Source of the DNA: a virus
Taxonomy: Duplodnaviria; Caudoviricetes
Strand: one strand, 5' to 3'
IMG/VR virus record: IMGVR_UViG_3300037045_000044
Span: 1-28,151 of that record
Length of the DNA stretch: 28,151 nucleotides
Below, in pieces: positions 26,210 through 28,151 of this stretch (positions within the stretch are counted from its first letter, which is position 1; each line of letters begins with the position of its first letter). A model generated the notes under the pieces. The model was not told the DNA's origin, searched no databases, and worked only from the letters and a program-made list of their open reading frames with translations. The position numbers and the translations under genes were made by a program.

Positions 26210-26331
26210 GCGAGATCCATCTCTCCACAGAGGGAGCAGCGGGCGATGATCCAGCCGGTGCCGTGGGGGCCGCTGTAGACCCACTGGTGGTCGCACTTGG
26301 TGCGGCGGAGCCACGTCAGGAAGCGCCTCAC
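26206..26331 (-). CDS. small Zn-finger protein (41 aa, CDHQW...CSLCG)
   Basis: GTGA overlap; C.H.W...CxxCG motif. Confidence 0.7.
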   Translation of the reverse strand: MRRFLTWLRRTKCDHQWVYSGPHGTGWIIARCSLCGEMDLA

Positions 26332-26519
26332 GACTCGCGCTCTGCGATCAAGAGCTGTGGCTTCAGGGGCTCGGGTATCGGGCGCCCCATGACGTGGGCG
26401 GCGTGTGCGTGCTTGGCGGCGCTTCGATCCGGGTAGACCCCGCCAGCCCAGCCGCACGAGCAGTCGGAGAAGTAGGCCCCACCGTTGGTGCGCTCAGGTA
26501 TGAATCTGTGGTCCGTCAC
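26328..26519 (-). CDS. small protein (63 aa) with CSCGW...H..H motif
   Basis: GTGA overlap. Confidence 0.7.
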   Translation of the reverse strand: MTDHRFIPERTNGGAYFSDCSCGWAGGVYPDRSAAKHAHAAHVMGRPIPEPLKPQLLIAERES

Positions 26520-26824
26520 GGCTGGCCTTCGATCTGGTCGGCGCGGCGCTCCAGCCACACATCGACGCTGTAGAACGTCTCCGGATCTTCGGGGTCAGGG
26601 AGGTTCCATGACCCCCGTCGTGCGCGCCGCATCTCCTCCACCGCGTCCTTCAGCGCCTTGGCGGCGATCAGCGGGGCGACGGCGTTGAGGGCCTCGCGGG
26701 CTCCCTGGAGTTCCAGGGCGCGGTTGGCGCCGTCCGTCTCGGCCCAGTCAGTGGGGCCGACGACGGTGTTCCATGTGGCTTCAGCGGCCTTCTCCACCAT
26801 CTCGTCGGTGAATAATAGGCTCAT
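26516..26824 (-). CDS. hypothetical protein (102 aa)
   Basis: TDEMVEKAA...AREALNAVAPLIAAKAL..A...WL..RADQIE pattern typical of actinophage small proteins; codon 4 is TTA. Confidence 0.8.
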   Translation of the reverse strand: MSLLFTDEMVEKAAEATWNTVVGPTDWAETDGANRALELQGAREALNAVAPLIAAKALKDAVEEMRRARRGSWNLPDPEDPETFYSVDVWLERRADQIEGQP

Positions 26825-27075
26825 AGGGATGCCTCCAGTGAGAGTGAGATGGCCGCGAGTTCCCTGGCCAGCTCCGCGTCATGGGTGTCGGGCAGCCAGT
26901 AGACGATGTCGCTGGCGGGCACCTCGTTGGTCGACGGGTGCGGGTCCCCGCTGATGAGGTACCAGACAAGGTCACCGCGCCCGAGGGCGCATCCCAAGAT
27001 CCCGACGGCCCACTTCTTCCCGTCGTAGGTGACGACGTCGCGGATGACAGACGCGAGCCTGGTGGGAAGACGCAT
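26821..27075 (-). CDS. hypothetical protein (84 aa)
   Basis: TGATG overlap at 27075. Confidence 0.65.
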   Translation of the reverse strand: MRLPTRLASVIRDVVTYDGKKWAVGILGCALGRGDLVWYLISGDPHPSTNEVPASDIVYWLPDTHDAELARELAAISLSLEASL

Positions 27076-27359
27076 CAGACCCCCCAACCTGGGTTGAGAG
27101 CGATGTTGACGGCCAGGAGTGCCACCGCGGCGACCAGGACGACCAACACGGTGAGGACGGCCCGCCAGACGTCGCTGGGAGGCGGGTCGTCATCGAGGTG
27201 GGCGGTCGCATGGACCTCCGCGGCCTGGATGGCCAGCTCTGCGCGGGGTGCGTGTCCGCGCCCGGAGACGCAGCGGCGGCACTGCCAGCGGTAGACGACG
27301 CGCCCGGACTCGAAGTCGGCGGCGAGGTGGTAGGGGGGTAGCTCGTCAGGGTCAACCAT
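27075..27359 (-). CDS. CxxC...H domain protein with C-terminal TM
   Basis: SD GGAGG; WQCRRC...HATAH; hydrophobic C-terminus; upstream TGC-TAGTGT extended -10 on the minus strand. Confidence 0.75.
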   Translation of the reverse strand: MVDPDELPPYHLAADFESGRVVYRWQCRRCVSGRGHAPRAELAIQAAEVHATAHLDDDPPPSDVWRAVLTVLVVLVAAVALLAVNIALNPGWGV

Positions 27360-27488
27360 GTCGGTGCCTCCGAAAGGGGTGTGGGGTAGGCGGCTAGTTG
27401 TACCTCACACACTAGCACTCGTACTGACGACGCTGTGTGTCACGTTTGTCCGGACGCTGAGGATTTCCGTCCCTACTGTTGGAGCAGC

Positions 27489-28151
27489 ATGGACTTCAAC
27501 AGCACGTACCGAGCGCTCGTCGTCAACAACGTTGACCCCGAGGGATTGGCGCGCATCCAGGTTCAACTCCCGCAGCTGATGGGCAGCTCTGTCTCAGGTT
27601 GGGCGCTGCCGATTCCGGCGGGCAGTAAGGCAGTCCCGGAGATCGGCTCTCAGGTCATCGTCGCCTTTGAGGGTGGCGACCTCGGGCACCCCCTCTACTA
27701 CACGGACGCCCCCACGGTGGCCGCTCAGGAGACAGCGGACGCGGCTCAGGATGCAGCCGACTTGGCGCAAGGCGCAGCGGACTTGGCTCAGGATGCAGCC
27801 GACTTGGCGGCGGGAAAGACCACCGTGGCGGCGGCCAACCCGACTCCTTCGGACGCGACGGGAAAGCCGCTCAACGCTGTCTGGGACGTCTACTCCGGCA
27901 GCGCGTGGCAGCGGCGATTCGTCCTGACCTCGCTCAGCCCAGCCACCTGGACAGAGGTGAAGGCCGGGCAAGAGGTGCTTGGCGCCAACTCGGTGGGCAG
28001 CGCCCAGATCATCGACTTGTCGGTCGGCACCCCTGAGTTGGCCAACCTCGCCGTGACGGACGCCAAGGTCGCGGATATGTCGATAGCTAAGCTCACCGCG
28101 CCCGCCGGGAACCTGTTCCCCGACACTGTGGTCAACACCCTCACGGACCAA
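27489..28151 (+). CDS. baseplate central spike (gp5/VgrG-type OB fold) fused to a fibre-like extension; truncated by the window end
   Basis: Hand-translated, open to the end: YRALVVNNVDPEGLARIQVQLP...SGWALP...VPEIGSQVIVAFEGGDLGHPLY, then AQxAADL heptads and 10-residue repeats (ANSVGSAQII/DLSVGTPELA/NLAVTDAKVA). Confidence 0.88.
   Translation, partial: MDFNSTYRALVVNNVDPEGLARIQVQLPQLMGSSVSGWALPIPAGSKAVPEIGSQVIVAFEGGDLGHPLYYTDAPTVAAQETADAAQDAADLAQGAADLAQDAADLAAGKTTVAAANPTPSDATGKPLNAVWDVYSGSAWQRRFVLTSLSPATWTEVKAGQEVLGANSVGSAQIIDLSVGTPELANLAVTDAKVADMSIAKLTAPAGNLFPDTVVNTLTDQ

Noticed and set aside
26813-26815. TTA at codon 4 of 26516-26824 as another recoding site
   Set aside because: The frame stays open and coherent with no matched landing codon; it probably reflects normal A/T-rich N-terminal codons, and it shows UUA can be decoded normally

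Overview
High-GC (actinobacterial) tailed-phage genome segment. By recalled protein similarity (capsid, portal, terminase, 16707 gene, gp5-type spike) it resembles the Bxz1/cluster-C mycobacteriophage and Rhodococcus phage E3 myovirus group. Left to right: (245-5800) a translationally coupled run of small accessory and nucleotide-metabolism genes (wHTH, MazG-like, thioredoxin, DUF3310, 2H phosphoesterase); (5988-12857) tail-fibre/Ig-like proteins, membrane proteins, a KTSC protein and hypotheticals; (13372-13861) a PC4-like ssDNA-binding protein and an HTH protein; (14029-16422) the large terminase with an intein; (16707-23649) the head module (HNH endonuclease, portal, scaffold, major capsid, putative adaptor); (23680-24951) a single ORF joining a holin-like domain to an endolysin; (25010-27359) a leftward cassette of small genes ending in a dCMP deaminase; (27489-end) a gp5/VgrG-type baseplate spike. 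The most striking signal is the portal gene. It is split by a 4-nt insertion (ATG TAC T TAC CTG) that gives matched UAC take-off/landing codons and places a rare UUA codon in the A site, and it lies directly behind an overlapping free-standing HNH gene. This is a candidate UUA-gated ribosomal hop plus homing endonuclease cassette; a sequence error is not excluded. A conserved motif TT-N6-GAC-N18/19-NANNNT precedes nine rightward gene blocks (candidate late promoter). All calls are from reading the sequence and recalled family motifs; no searches were run.
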